Shown one piece after another: positions 63,945-64,000 of a stretch of 64,000 nt of DNA (the stretch's first letter is position 1; each line of letters opens with the position of its first letter). The stretch is taken from the NCBI GenBank assembly GCA_977016875.1, contig CDRNST010000318.1:930001-994000 (forward strand), given 5' to 3'. Source of the DNA: Pavona decussata. Its lineage: Eukaryota. The notes under the pieces are model-generated. The model worked only from the letters and a program-made list of their open reading frames with translations. It made no database searches and was not told the DNA's origin. A program made the position numbers and the translations under genes.

Positions 63945-64000
63945 AAGATCGGAGGCTCTGGAAACGAGGATGAACCACTAGCTGTTTGAAGCTGTTTGAA

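Overview
AT-rich, intron-containing animal genomic DNA. The repeat landscape suggests a cnidarian such as a stony coral; this is inference only. The left 41 kb holds the 3' part of ANAPC7 (APC/C subunit 7, + strand; 10-11 exons reconstructed by hand). One of its introns (4303-38113, ~33.8 kb, with a 283-N gap) is expanded by tandem duplications. These carry 11 antisense copies (5 apparently intact) of an unrecognised small single-pass membrane protein gene, four truncated decoy copies of the next ANAPC7 exon, and many nested non-autonomous DNA transposons plus a Penelope-like remnant. Downstream lie an orphan ~3-TM ORF (42165-42524), tRNA-like repeats with terminal direct repeats, a palindromic hammerhead-ribozyme insertion with a 14-bp target duplication, a two-exon secreted 6-Cys peptide gene missed by the ORF track (60509-61964), and a PHD-finger fragment at the right edge. 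All family assignments come from motif recognition by eye; no searches were run.
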